From NCBI GenBank assembly GCA_963809485.1, contig CAWEJX010000012.1, positions 224,001 through 288,000 on the forward strand: a stretch of 64,000 bases of DNA, given 5' to 3'. The position numbers and the translations under genes were made by a program. Within the stretch, counting starts at the first letter, position 1. Each line of letters opens with the position of its first letter. Below, in pieces: positions 10,629 through 20,361 of this stretch. The notes beneath the pieces were generated by a model, which did no database searches, had not been told where the DNA came from, and saw only the letters and a program-made list of their open reading frames with translations. The DNA is from an uncultured Acidobacteriota bacterium (GTDB lineage: Bacteria; Acidobacteriota; UBA6911).

Positions 10629-11765
10629 GTGGCAGAAATTGTGTTCCAGCATGTTCGGAAGCGCTATGGCGACCACGAGGCCATCCGCGACCTGAGCCTG
10701 GAAATCCGCGACAGGGAGTTCTTTGTAATCCTTGGCGAATCCGGTGCGGGCAAGACCACCATTCTCAAAATGATCGCCGGTGTCGAGTCCGTCACTTCAG
10801 GTGCCATCCTTCTCAACGGCCGGCCGATCGAGAACCTTACACCTGAGGAACGGGATTGCGCCATGGCTTTCGAGACCTATGCTTTGTACCCGCACATGTC
10901 CGTATATGAAAATATTGCCTTCCCGCTACGTTCCCCAGGACGCCGGATCCCTGAAAATCAGATCGAGCAGACTGTTCTCCGCGTGGCCCGCACCCTGGGA
11001 ATCGATCCTTTTCTGGACCGCAGGCCCGGGGCTCTGAGTGGAGGTCAGCGACAACGCGTAGCTTTGGGACGAGCCCTGGTGAGGCAGCCTGCGGCCTTTC
11101 TCATGGACGAGCCGCTGTCCCACCTGGATGCACGACTGCGCAACGAAATGAGAACCGAGATCAAGGCCATGCGGGAGTCCTTCGGGACCACGATTGTTTA
11201 TGTAACACACGACTATAGCGAAGCCTTAGCCTTGGGGGATCGCATTGCAATCCTGCATCAGGGGCGCATCGAGCAGGTGGGAACGCCCTCGCAGGTGTTT
11301 CGTCGGCCCGTAAATCGCCTTGTGGCCGAATCCATGGGGGACCCGCCCATGAATTTCCTTGCAGGCACAATAGCATTGGATCAAAGCCGAGCTGTGTTTG
11401 CGGCTGGGGATGTGCGAATTCCCTTGCTCGATAGCTCTCGGCTGCGGGGGTGTGTTGGAAAAGAGGTTTGCCTCGGACTCAGACCGCAACACATCCGCCT
11501 GGAGCGTGACTGGCCTGACACTCCCTTCAGCTTGCCTTCGAAGCTTTTTGTGCAAGAACTTCTGGGAGACCGCGCTGTGATTTCGGTTACTGCAGAGGAT
11601 CGCGTGTTCAAGGCCTTATGCAAAGCGGATCAGGCTTACGGCATTGACGAGCATCTCTACCTAACATGGGCTCCCGAGCACATGTATCTGTTTTTGGAGG
11701 ATACGGGCGAAACACTTCTGGCGGAGGGCGACTGTGGCCGAGATCATCCTGAGCCATGTGAGTAA
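10629..11765 (+). CDS. MalK-type ABC ATP-binding protein 1
   Basis: Walker A GESGAGKT, LSGGQRQRV, MDEPLSHLD, YVTHD. Confidence 0.93.
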   Translation: MAEIVFQHVRKRYGDHEAIRDLSLEIRDREFFVILGESGAGKTTILKMIAGVESVTSGAILLNGRPIENLTPEERDCAMAFETYALYPHMSVYENIAFPLRSPGRRIPENQIEQTVLRVARTLGIDPFLDRRPGALSGGQRQRVALGRALVRQPAAFLMDEPLSHLDARLRNEMRTEIKAMRESFGTTIVYVTHDYSEALALGDRIAILHQGRIEQVGTPSQVFRRPVNRLVAESMGDPPMNFLAGTIALDQSRAVFAAGDVRIPLLDSSRLRGCVGKEVCLGLRPQHIRLERDWPDTPFSLPSKLFVQELLGDRAVISVTAEDRVFKALCKADQAYGIDEHLYLTWAPEHMYLFLEDTGETLLAEGDCGRDHPEPCE

Positions 11766-12870
11766 GCGTTATAGCAGGGGGAATGGTCCTTTTGCTGTAA
11801 AGGATCTTTCTCTCCGTATCCGCGACAAGGAGTTTATGGTACTCCTGGGGCCCTCAGGATGCGGTAAAACCTCCACGTTGCGAATGATTGCGGGGCTGGA
11901 GGAAATTACCGGGGGAAATCTCTCCTTTAACGGCAAGCAGGTCAAAGATCTGCCGCCCCAGTCGCGGGATATCGCCATGGCCTTCGAGAACTATGCGCTG
12001 TATCCCACGCTTGTCGTAAAAGACAATATTGAGTTTCCGCTGAAAATCCGTCGCTGGCCGCAATCCCGGATCGATGAAAAAGTCGCATGGGTGGCCGGGG
12101 AGTTACAGATCACCGATATTCTTCAACGCAGACCCTTGGAGTTAAGCGGCGGGCAACAGCAACGGGTATCTCTGGCGCGGGCCATCGTTCGGGAACCGCA
12201 GGTATTCCTGTTCGACGAACCCCTTTCGCACTTGGACACAAAACAGAGACAAGGGATGCGAACACTGATAAAGAGGCTGCATGCGCAGCTTGGGAAGACC
12301 ATGATTTATGTAACTCACGATCAGAACGAAGCCATAGCTCTCGCCGATAGGATAGCCGTCATGCACCAGGGGGAACTCCAGCAGGTGGGTACGCCCGGGG
12401 AGATTCTGAACGATCCGGCCAATGCCTTTGTAGCCGGGTTTGTAGGAGAGCCTGCCATGAACTTTCTGGATGTGGAGATCCGAATGGAGGATGGAGGACC
12501 TGCGTGGATACACCATGCCGGCTACCGCTTGGCAGACCTGCCTGGCGCGCTGAATCCGGTAAGCCGGCAGGATTTGTCCGCGCCCCTGCAGGCTGGAATT
12601 CGTCCCCATCACATTGAATTCTCCGAAACAAGGATGCGGGCTACGGATCTGGCTGCAGAGGTCGGCACATACGAATCCCTTGGAGAACGAGGCGTGCTGA
12701 CGGCGCGCCTCCAATCTCAAAGTATCAGGATCCTGACACCTCCGGATCAGACCTTCCACAAAGCGCAGCCCTTATGGGTATATTGTCCATTGGAGCACAT
12801 GCACTTTTTCTCAAAAGAGACCGGGCAAAGATTCCATCTGGATTATCTCGACAGGAGAATGACCTCATGA
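11734..12870 (+). CDS. MalK-type ABC ATP-binding protein 2
   Basis: GPSGCGKT, LSGGQQQRV, FDEPLSHLD, YVTHDQ. Confidence 0.93.
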   Translation: MAEIILSHVSKRYSRGNGPFAVKDLSLRIRDKEFMVLLGPSGCGKTSTLRMIAGLEEITGGNLSFNGKQVKDLPPQSRDIAMAFENYALYPTLVVKDNIEFPLKIRRWPQSRIDEKVAWVAGELQITDILQRRPLELSGGQQQRVSLARAIVREPQVFLFDEPLSHLDTKQRQGMRTLIKRLHAQLGKTMIYVTHDQNEAIALADRIAVMHQGELQQVGTPGEILNDPANAFVAGFVGEPAMNFLDVEIRMEDGGPAWIHHAGYRLADLPGALNPVSRQDLSAPLQAGIRPHHIEFSETRMRATDLAAEVGTYESLGERGVLTARLQSQSIRILTPPDQTFHKAQPLWVYCPLEHMHFFSKETGQRFHLDYLDRRMTS

Positions 12871-13901
12871 AAGCTATGGTACTAACGGGAATCAGGAAAA
12901 TTGAAATCGTGGAACAGCCTGCCCCCGCCGTGAAGCATCCGACCGATGTACTGCTCCGGATTGTCCGGGCCGGCATCTGCGGTTCCGATCTCCACTATTA
13001 CACTCAGGGACGGATCGGAGACCAGATTGTGCGTTTCCCCTTTTGTGTTGGTCATGAATGCAGTGCAGTCGTGGAGGACGCGGGAAAACAGGTAACACGT
13101 TTCAAAACTGGAGATCTGGTAGTTGTGGATCCGTCCGTCTCCTGCGGCGCCTGCGATCAATGCCGGGCCGGTTATTACCACACGTGCCGCACAATGCGAT
13201 TTTTGGGATGCCCGGGCCAATTGGAGGGATGCTTATGCGATCTCATGGTTATGCCCGAGGATTGCTGCTATAGCGCTAGGGGGTTGACTGCGGATCAGGC
13301 CGCCCTCGTGGAGCCATTGACCATAGGCCACTACGCCGTGCAACTTGCCGGCGACCTGAAAGGCAAAAAGGTTGGCATCCTGGGAAGCGGTCCCATCGGT
13401 TTGAGTGTGCTACTTTCTGCTCAGGTAGCGGGCGCCTCCGCGCATTATTTGACGGACCGGCTCGACTATCGACTCGAAACAGCTCAGCGGCAGGGTGCTA
13501 CATGGACTGGAAATCCAGATCGTACAGACATCGTTCACGACATCCTTCAGCAAGAACCTCTGGAATTGGACGTGGTCTTCGAGTGCTGCGGGCAGCAGGC
13601 GGCATTGGGCCAGGCGATGAAACTATGCAAGCCCATGGGCCGGCTGGTCATTGTGGGCATTCCCGAGACAGATCAAATCTCCTTCGCGGTGCATGACGCC
13701 AGGCGCAAAGGACTCACCTTTATAAACGTCCGGCGCCAGAATAAATGTATCGATCCCGTAATCGAACGGATCCGCACTGGCAGGATCAAGCCTGATTTTA
13801 TGATCACGCACCGATTCAGTCTGGACCGGGTGGCCAGGGCTTTTGAACTGCTATCCGATTATCGCGACGGCATTCTCAAGGCTTTGGTGGAGATAGGGTA
13901 G
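12867..13901 (+). CDS. Zinc-dependent alcohol/polyol dehydrogenase (sorbitol or L-iditol dehydrogenase-like)
   Basis: GICGSDLH, GHE, CGACDQC..C structural Zn site, GSGPIG; ATGA overlap with the upstream gene. Confidence 0.9.
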   Translation: MKAMVLTGIRKIEIVEQPAPAVKHPTDVLLRIVRAGICGSDLHYYTQGRIGDQIVRFPFCVGHECSAVVEDAGKQVTRFKTGDLVVVDPSVSCGACDQCRAGYYHTCRTMRFLGCPGQLEGCLCDLMVMPEDCCYSARGLTADQAALVEPLTIGHYAVQLAGDLKGKKVGILGSGPIGLSVLLSAQVAGASAHYLTDRLDYRLETAQRQGATWTGNPDRTDIVHDILQQEPLELDVVFECCGQQAALGQAMKLCKPMGRLVIVGIPETDQISFAVHDARRKGLTFINVRRQNKCIDPVIERIRTGRIKPDFMITHRFSLDRVARAFELLSDYRDGILKALVEIG

Positions 13902-14212
13902 CATGGCGGCCTGATTCACCATCACTTTCACTTGTACCGGACGGAGCAAAGGGCAGATGAGCAAAAGAAACAACGTCGTCTCCCGCCCCAGGAGTATTTG
14001 TGAAGAATGGCATGAATGAAAACAGGGAAGCAATTCGATAGGGTGCTGACATGGGCATTGCTCAAACTCTCCTGCGCTCAGAGTCCCGGAGCCATTGAGG
14101 TGCGTCAAAGGCTCAAACGGTTTCCGACGTTAGCCGACTCGCCTGCTGCCGCCAGACGCAAGCAGCCGGATGGGCGCCGAATGCTCGGCCCCATCCGGCA
14201 ACCGCCTTCCAT

Positions 14213-15259
14213 CTAGTCGATCTTCTTCTTGCGCGTGACCCACTTCGGGTCCGCACAGAGTCCGCATTTGTTGCCCTGGAACATCTTCGCGGCTTCCTTG
14301 TTGCCCTTCAGCTGCCAGTCCAGCCATGCGAGCGCAACTTTGCCGAAGGTGCCGCCATCGGGATCGTGATAGGTGCCCCCGTGCCCGATTCCTTTCTCAA
14401 AGGCGCGAAAAACCGGTATGTGGTTGATCTTTTCAAAGTCGTCATTTGCATTCGCATAGGCGATGTCCGACTCATCACCGCTCATGTAGAGCACCGGTGC
14501 GTGCATCAGATTCAGAGACTTCTTGGGTATAGGCTTGCCGCTGCCCGACATGGTCGTCGGCACCGTCATCAATCCGCTGTTGGCCACGATCGCAGTCTTT
14601 ACGCGCGGATCCACCGAGGCTTCGATCGCCTGCACGCCGCCGCAGGACATGCCTGCAACCGCGATTTTTGCGGTGTCGAGCTTACCGTAATACCTGCTGC
14701 CCTGACGGCGGTTTTCCGCGATCGCCCAATCGATAGCTTCGAGGAGCTGCGCCGTTGTGGTGGGCGGCGTTGAAGTTATCACGGGAGGGACGCCGGGTTT
14801 TGCGTCCGCACCCGGCTGAGGAGCACGGCCTTCGGGAGCGCCCGCCTTTCGGCCACCGGCTGGAGCAGCGCCACGACCAGGCGGCGTGGCAGGCGGAAAC
14901 TGTGCTTTATCCGGGCCAATCGGGCCGTTCGCAATGACCAGGTAGCCGTGACTTGCTATCTGGGTCAGGAACACACGGAAGGCGTTGCCATCGGCCGCGC
15001 AGGCACCGTTGCCCCACGCCATGATCGGCAGCTTGACGGAACCGACAGAGTTCATGTCATTGGGCCGATAAACGGTGTGTTTTGCCAATGTCGGATCGAC
15101 TTCCATGATCGCCTTGAAGGGTCCCGTGCCGAGGGGCGTCGCGGCGGGAAGCACTTTAGGCAGCTTCGTCGCAGGCTGCTCTTGCGGCGGCGGGATTTGT
15201 GCGGAGCCGGCGCAACACAAGAGCGCCAATACAGCAAGGCAGCAGATGGGCATTTTCAT
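14213..15259 (-). CDS. Secreted alpha/beta hydrolase (cutinase/chlorophyllase-like fold)
   Basis: Signal peptide from MKMPICC; WGNGAC, ASHGYLVIA, nucleophile elbow GMSCGG, D and GHGG further on. Confidence 0.82.
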   Translation of the reverse strand: MKMPICCLAVLALLCCAGSAQIPPPQEQPATKLPKVLPAATPLGTGPFKAIMEVDPTLAKHTVYRPNDMNSVGSVKLPIMAWGNGACAADGNAFRVFLTQIASHGYLVIANGPIGPDKAQFPPATPPGRGAAPAGGRKAGAPEGRAPQPGADAKPGVPPVITSTPPTTTAQLLEAIDWAIAENRRQGSRYYGKLDTAKIAVAGMSCGGVQAIEASVDPRVKTAIVANSGLMTVPTTMSGSGKPIPKKSLNLMHAPVLYMSGDESDIAYANANDDFEKINHIPVFRAFEKGIGHGGTYHDPDGGTFGKVALAWLDWQLKGNKEAAKMFQGNKCGLCADPKWVTRKKKID

Positions 15260-15656
15260 ATGGATATCCTCAGTGAGTGGTTTCCCAAATTCCAGAGATG
15301 GGCATCGATTGCGATCGGCCCAGCGTCCAATCAACATATCCGGATTAGCCAACCGATGTCTGCACCTGCAAACCATCCTTTTGCGAGATCAGACTTATTG
15401 AACGAACGCATTCTGTCAAAGCAATAACGCAAATATTATTCTTTATGCATGCACAATGCATTTAAATTTTGGGGATTATGTGTGAGATATTCCGGTCTGA
15501 ACAATATGCGCTATTTCCTTGACACAAACGAAGGGTATGAAATAAGTCTGGGATCGTCTTCGACCGGATCCCGGGGTGCAGAGCCGGAGCATCCAAGCAG
15601 GTTTCCTATCTTTTGGCTCCGCTCACGATTCTGAAATCGAGAAGAAAGGAAGAGCG

Positions 15657-17276
15657 ATGAATTCCATCAAAGTATTGGGCATCCTGTTTTGCGCCCTATG
15701 TTTTGGACAAGCACCGGCGCGCTCTGCGCAGGCGCAGGCAAACTCCGCAGGATCGAATCCTGTCGCTTCGGTCCGCGCAGGCCAGCTGCGCGGCAGTTTG
15801 ACTGAGGATGGTGTCGCCGTGTTCAAAAACATTCCGTTTGCGCAACCGCCGGTGGGCAACCTGCGCTGGCGGGAGCCGGTTCCGGCGAAATCCTGGACCG
15901 GTGTCCGTGATGCGACTGCTTTTGGCCCCATGTGCCATCAAAACGACAACCATCATCTGCCCCACAGCGAAGACTGCCTGCAGCTGAACGTCTGGACGCC
16001 GACGTGGCCCATGAAATCAAAGGTGCCCGTCATGGTATGGTTCCATGGCGGAGGGAACTTCGCCGGATCGGGAGTGGAACCTCTCTTCAATGGTGAAACC
16101 CTCGCCCGCAATGGGGTGGTGCTGGTGACCAGCAACTACCGGCTTGGCATCTTCGGCTTCTTTGCGCATCCCGAACTCACCCAAGAGTCTGTCCGCCACG
16201 CCTCTGGAAACTATGGGCTGATGGATCAGATTCTGGCCTTGCGCTGGGTGCAGCAGAACATCGCCAGCTTCGGCGGCAATCCCGCAAATGTGACGATCTT
16301 CGGGGAATCGGCAGGCGCAGCCGACGTCAATTCGCTGATTGCTTCGCCTTTGACGAAGGGATTGTTTGTACGCGCGATTGCGCAAAGCGGTCCGATAAGC
16401 GACCAGCCATCGTTGGCGGAAGCGGAAAAGAGAGATGTGGAGTGGGCGGCCAAGCTGGGCATTACGGGCGACGAAGCCCTGGCAAAACTGCGCGCAATTC
16501 CCGATACGGAATTGATGGCGAAGCTTGGGCAGGAAGGAGGACCGCGGGGCCCCGGAATGGGAGGCAGCGGTCCCATGATGGGAATTGTCGTAGACGGCTG
16601 GGTGCTTCCGGAGCAGCCCACCAAAATATTCGCCGAGGGCCGCGGGCAAAAGGTGGGTTTGATGATCGGCAGCAACTCCCAGGAGTTTCAGGGAATGATG
16701 GGAATGACGGGAGCGAAGGGCGCGACGCCTCCTGCGGACATCCGTCAGATGATTTCCCAGCGCTATGGCCCTCTGGCCGACCGCGCGCTGGCAGCCTATG
16801 GGCTGCAAGGTGAGAGCGAACCTGAACCCGACCCTGGAAATGGACCCGTGATGACGCAATGGAGCACCGACAATGCGTTCCGCTGCGGTACAGTTCAGGA
16901 ATTGATTTGGCACACTGCCGCGGGGAACCCGGGTTACCAGTATCAGTTCTCGCGCACCGTGCACGGCCAGGAGGCTCAGGGAGCGCCTCACGCCTCCGAA
17001 ATTCCGTTTATCTTCGGGACGTTCTCCGTGTGGCAGAAAATGCGGAATTACAATGAGTCGGATCACCAATATGCGAAGCTGATACGACAATACTGGATCA
17101 ACTTCGCCAAGACCGGTGATCCTAACGGCGGGAGCCTTGTGAGGTGGCCGAAGTTTGATGCGGCCAGGCGCGTATACATCGATTTCACCGATGCCGGACC
17201 GGTAGTTAAAGAGGGCTTGAGACGGCCAGTCTGCGATCTTTTTATGGAAAACCAAAGGCGCCTGGCGGCGAAATAA
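15657..17276 (+). CDS. Secreted carboxylesterase type B
   Basis: IPFAQPPVGNLRW, SEDCLQLNVW, FHGGGN, GESAG, HASEIPFIFG. Confidence 0.93.
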   Translation: MNSIKVLGILFCALCFGQAPARSAQAQANSAGSNPVASVRAGQLRGSLTEDGVAVFKNIPFAQPPVGNLRWREPVPAKSWTGVRDATAFGPMCHQNDNHHLPHSEDCLQLNVWTPTWPMKSKVPVMVWFHGGGNFAGSGVEPLFNGETLARNGVVLVTSNYRLGIFGFFAHPELTQESVRHASGNYGLMDQILALRWVQQNIASFGGNPANVTIFGESAGAADVNSLIASPLTKGLFVRAIAQSGPISDQPSLAEAEKRDVEWAAKLGITGDEALAKLRAIPDTELMAKLGQEGGPRGPGMGGSGPMMGIVVDGWVLPEQPTKIFAEGRGQKVGLMIGSNSQEFQGMMGMTGAKGATPPADIRQMISQRYGPLADRALAAYGLQGESEPEPDPGNGPVMTQWSTDNAFRCGTVQELIWHTAAGNPGYQYQFSRTVHGQEAQGAPHASEIPFIFGTFSVWQKMRNYNESDHQYAKLIRQYWINFAKTGDPNGGSLVRWPKFDAARRVYIDFTDAGPVVKEGLRRPVCDLFMENQRRLAAK

Positions 17277-17323
17277 CAACGGACCGGCGGGCCGCCGTCG
17301 CGTCCCGCCGTTACTTGTTCGGC

Positions 17324-18409
17324 TTATCGGGTGCTTTCATAGAAGGTGAGCCCAACGCCGCCGGAACCAGGGCCCGGATTTGAACTCAGATATAATCCCT
17401 TGTTCAGCCAGGCGTATTGGCTGTCCATACGGACCTCAAATGCAGGCGCCAGCAACCCGAACGAGCCGCCGTTTCGCACAATGATCACTTCACCGTCGCT
17501 CGTTTGCCAGAGATAGCGCGCATCAATTGTCGCAGGACTGGCTAGATTCTGGTAATCCGCGCCGCCCGGCAGAACTTTTCCCGCAATCTTCCCGCTGAGA
17601 GTCCCGCCGGTGATTGGAATGATGTTCCGGTTGCCTTTTTTGGTCGCTCCCACCGATTGGCTTGGTCCAAGGGTGACGTTCTCGCTAATCAACTGTTCGC
17701 CTCGTTTCTCCTCTGCCGTCGCCTTTCGATAATCCCACGGCTGACCTTGCACGTCCGCCGGCTTGCCCACCTGGACCGAGTTCGTCGCATTTGCTTTGAT
17801 TTCGACACCTGAGACATCATATACGCTCAACCTCACGGTCCGGGCAGCCAAATCCAGGACCCGCCTCCCTGCATACTTCCCTGAGTGGAGCCAGCTGTAA
17901 CTGCTCGCATTCGGCGCTTCAAAATCCGGCACCATTCTCACATCGCTCTGATCCGCTGCCGTTCCGGGGATTCGCAGATAGATGTACTTCCCGTCGCTCG
18001 TCTGCAGGACCAGTATCTCCTCAATTTCCAGGCCGCCGTTTGAAAAGTTCAGCTGAAAATCGAGCCCCCCCGGCATCACCGAACCAGTGATCTTTTCGCC
18101 CGATACTGTACCTCCCTGGATTACAGATATTGTCCTTTGACCATAAGGCGTCCTGCCCACTTCATAGACCTGGTCCAGCTTCATATTGGCCTCAAACACG
18201 GGCACGCCGCGTTCCGGCACGGGTATGCCCTCCGCCATCCCGCATGGCCATGACCTGTGAGGGACCAGAATCTTCCCTGTCCCTCCATATCCTGCATTTG
18301 TCCGCCCTGCGCCCTCCTGCGTCCTCCCATTCAGCGCCCGCAATTGGCAGAAAATCAAGATGCCCGCCAGCACCATCAGCGTTGACGTCTTCAAATATTT
18401 GTTTTTCAT
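17324..18409 (-). CDS. Secreted protein with two DUF3237-like domains
   Basis: Two repeats of G.T..G.R.I..I.GG.V.G.KI.G.V.PGG.D and LQTSDG..I; signal peptide. Confidence 0.75.
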   Translation of the reverse strand: MKNKYLKTSTLMVLAGILIFCQLRALNGRTQEGAGRTNAGYGGTGKILVPHRSWPCGMAEGIPVPERGVPVFEANMKLDQVYEVGRTPYGQRTISVIQGGTVSGEKITGSVMPGGLDFQLNFSNGGLEIEEILVLQTSDGKYIYLRIPGTAADQSDVRMVPDFEAPNASSYSWLHSGKYAGRRVLDLAARTVRLSVYDVSGVEIKANATNSVQVGKPADVQGQPWDYRKATAEEKRGEQLISENVTLGPSQSVGATKKGNRNIIPITGGTLSGKIAGKVLPGGADYQNLASPATIDARYLWQTSDGEVIIVRNGGSFGLLAPAFEVRMDSQYAWLNKGLYLSSNPGPGSGGVGLTFYESTR

Positions 18410-18444
18410 CTCATCCCCTCAAGTTAGGTGCGCGAAGTTCGCGT

Positions 18445-20256
18445 CTATGGAGCCGTGCATGCGTAGGAAGATGCTGCATCAACAGAACCGCTCATGTACC
18501 TGGGATACATCGGATAGGAACACATCGGCAGACTGCGGCTCCCTGCTGTAACAGTCACAGACATCGAGGGCGCCAAATTTTTCTCAACCCAATCCACCAG
18601 CAGGCTGAGCCGGCTGAACGTGTTGGGAATAGGAACTGCCGGAATGGATTTTCCGTCGCCATCCGCAGCATAGTTCGTCCCGCTTAAACCGTGTCCGGTC
18701 TGGGGAAGCACGAAGAAGCGGGCAAACCTATCCACCTTTTTCCGTCTCATTTTCCTGATGACGGATTGGAAATAGTCCAACTGTGCGCCCGGGGACGCAA
18801 GCGTGTCATTTGTGCCAATGGAGACAATGAGTTTTCCTCCGCGCTTATAAAATTTATTCAGATCCGGATTCGTGGAATCCAGCCACCGGGAGATCTCCCT
18901 TCTCCTCGCATCAAACGCGCCGCCCTCGACATAGTCCAGCGGATTGGCCTTCAGGTTTTTCATCAGGAATCCGGTAACTCCCAAAGCTCCCAGATGGCTG
19001 TGCAACGGAGCGTCGTCTCCAGCCCCTTCCTGGCCACGATACCGGCTGGGCACAATCAATCCGCTGCCGGACGGATCGGTGTTCGGCACCCACATGCCGA
19101 ACGACTTGACTCCATTCGCCAGCGGCTTCGCGAATGGATACCGGCTGTAGACAAATCGCAGTGTTGAAATCTGACCATCGGTGAGGCACGCATTTGCGCT
19201 CGTGTCGTCAGGGTTCGGGTCGATATTGTTCGGGCAGCGCCTGTTTTCCCAGGGATTGCTGCCGCGATGCGCCTGTGTGCGATCAAAAATCGCGCGGCAT
19301 GCCATGTAGTTGTTGATGATTCCATCAGCCAGCCCGTCCAGATTGTCGCATTGACGCATAAACTCGCCGCGGATCGAATTCACCTTGGCCGGCGGCACCC
19401 AATGGGCCAGGGGCTTTTCCTGGATTCGAATCAGTTCGGGAGCAAGCATCAGCGAGGAGAAGTTTACAATCGGGACGTTGGCCGCAATTCCGTCATAGTC
19501 CGCCGGATACCTTTGAGCCACTGTGAGAGCTTCCCTCCCGCCTTGGGATGAGCCGAAGAAGTAATTGAACCGGTGCTTCTCCCCATAGATTCTCCCGATC
19601 AGAACCATGGCTGCATCATGAGTCTTTTTCAGCTGCATGTAGCCGAGGTTCTTCATCGCCTCGTCGTTCAGAGCCCAATCATCGCCTGAACCTGAAGGCG
19701 GTGCTCCTCTCTGGCTCATGCCACCTTGCGGCGCTGCACCCGGATCTCGGGCCATGCCGCGTCCGAAACCCGCACCGAAAACCATCTGGTGTCCCGAATC
19801 ACTGCCGTAGGTGGCGAATCCGAGCTGAATCAGGGATGTCCCCGGCCCCATGTCTACGCCGCCCAGCAGATTTGGGATCATACCGTTCATGCCGCCGCCG
19901 CCAAGTTGGGCCGCTCGCCGGCTCCAGGACGCCGGAAATACGACCTGGAAATTGATTGGTTTGGCGTTGGGATCCACAGGCGCCATTGCGCCCTTCACGC
20001 TGCAATAGGCCGGATTCGCTCCTGCTGCGACAGTCCACACTGGAGCATTGAGCGTCACTCCGGAAACCGGTTCACCGATGGCCGAGGCGGGAATATCGGA
20101 TCCCAGTTTTGCTGCCGTGCAATCCGATTCCGTTATGACTTTATCCTCCGCCGCAGCCGGTAGAGTCCTCGATTGTGCTCCGCTCAAGGCGCTTGAACTC
20201 ATCAGATAAAGCAGGCCGATTGCCAGAAGGGATGCTTTTCTCATGTTTCCATACAT
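18445..20256 (-). CDS. Tannase/feruloyl esterase family hydrolase lacking the CS-D-HC cysteines
   Basis: GGGGMNG, TYGSDSGH, GSSQGGREAL..AQRYP.DYDGI, CDNLDGLADGII, GTND, PQTGHG, PMCSYP. Confidence 0.88.
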   Translation of the reverse strand: MYGNMRKASLLAIGLLYLMSSSALSGAQSRTLPAAAEDKVITESDCTAAKLGSDIPASAIGEPVSGVTLNAPVWTVAAGANPAYCSVKGAMAPVDPNAKPINFQVVFPASWSRRAAQLGGGGMNGMIPNLLGGVDMGPGTSLIQLGFATYGSDSGHQMVFGAGFGRGMARDPGAAPQGGMSQRGAPPSGSGDDWALNDEAMKNLGYMQLKKTHDAAMVLIGRIYGEKHRFNYFFGSSQGGREALTVAQRYPADYDGIAANVPIVNFSSLMLAPELIRIQEKPLAHWVPPAKVNSIRGEFMRQCDNLDGLADGIINNYMACRAIFDRTQAHRGSNPWENRRCPNNIDPNPDDTSANACLTDGQISTLRFVYSRYPFAKPLANGVKSFGMWVPNTDPSGSGLIVPSRYRGQEGAGDDAPLHSHLGALGVTGFLMKNLKANPLDYVEGGAFDARRREISRWLDSTNPDLNKFYKRGGKLIVSIGTNDTLASPGAQLDYFQSVIRKMRRKKVDRFARFFVLPQTGHGLSGTNYAADGDGKSIPAVPIPNTFSRLSLLVDWVEKNLAPSMSVTVTAGSRSLPMCSYPMYPRYMSGSVDAASSYACTAP

Positions 20257-20361
20257 CGTTGTTTCTCCGGTTCTAATCCCCTGCTTTTTCAAATTGAACT
20301 GGCGGATTATCGATGAGAAATCAGCAGGGGATGGTTCCTCATAACTCCTGGAATTGTGCGG

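Noticed and set aside
16017-17279. 420 aa minus-strand ORF (and 24149..25279)
   Set aside because: Antisense to clear esterase genes
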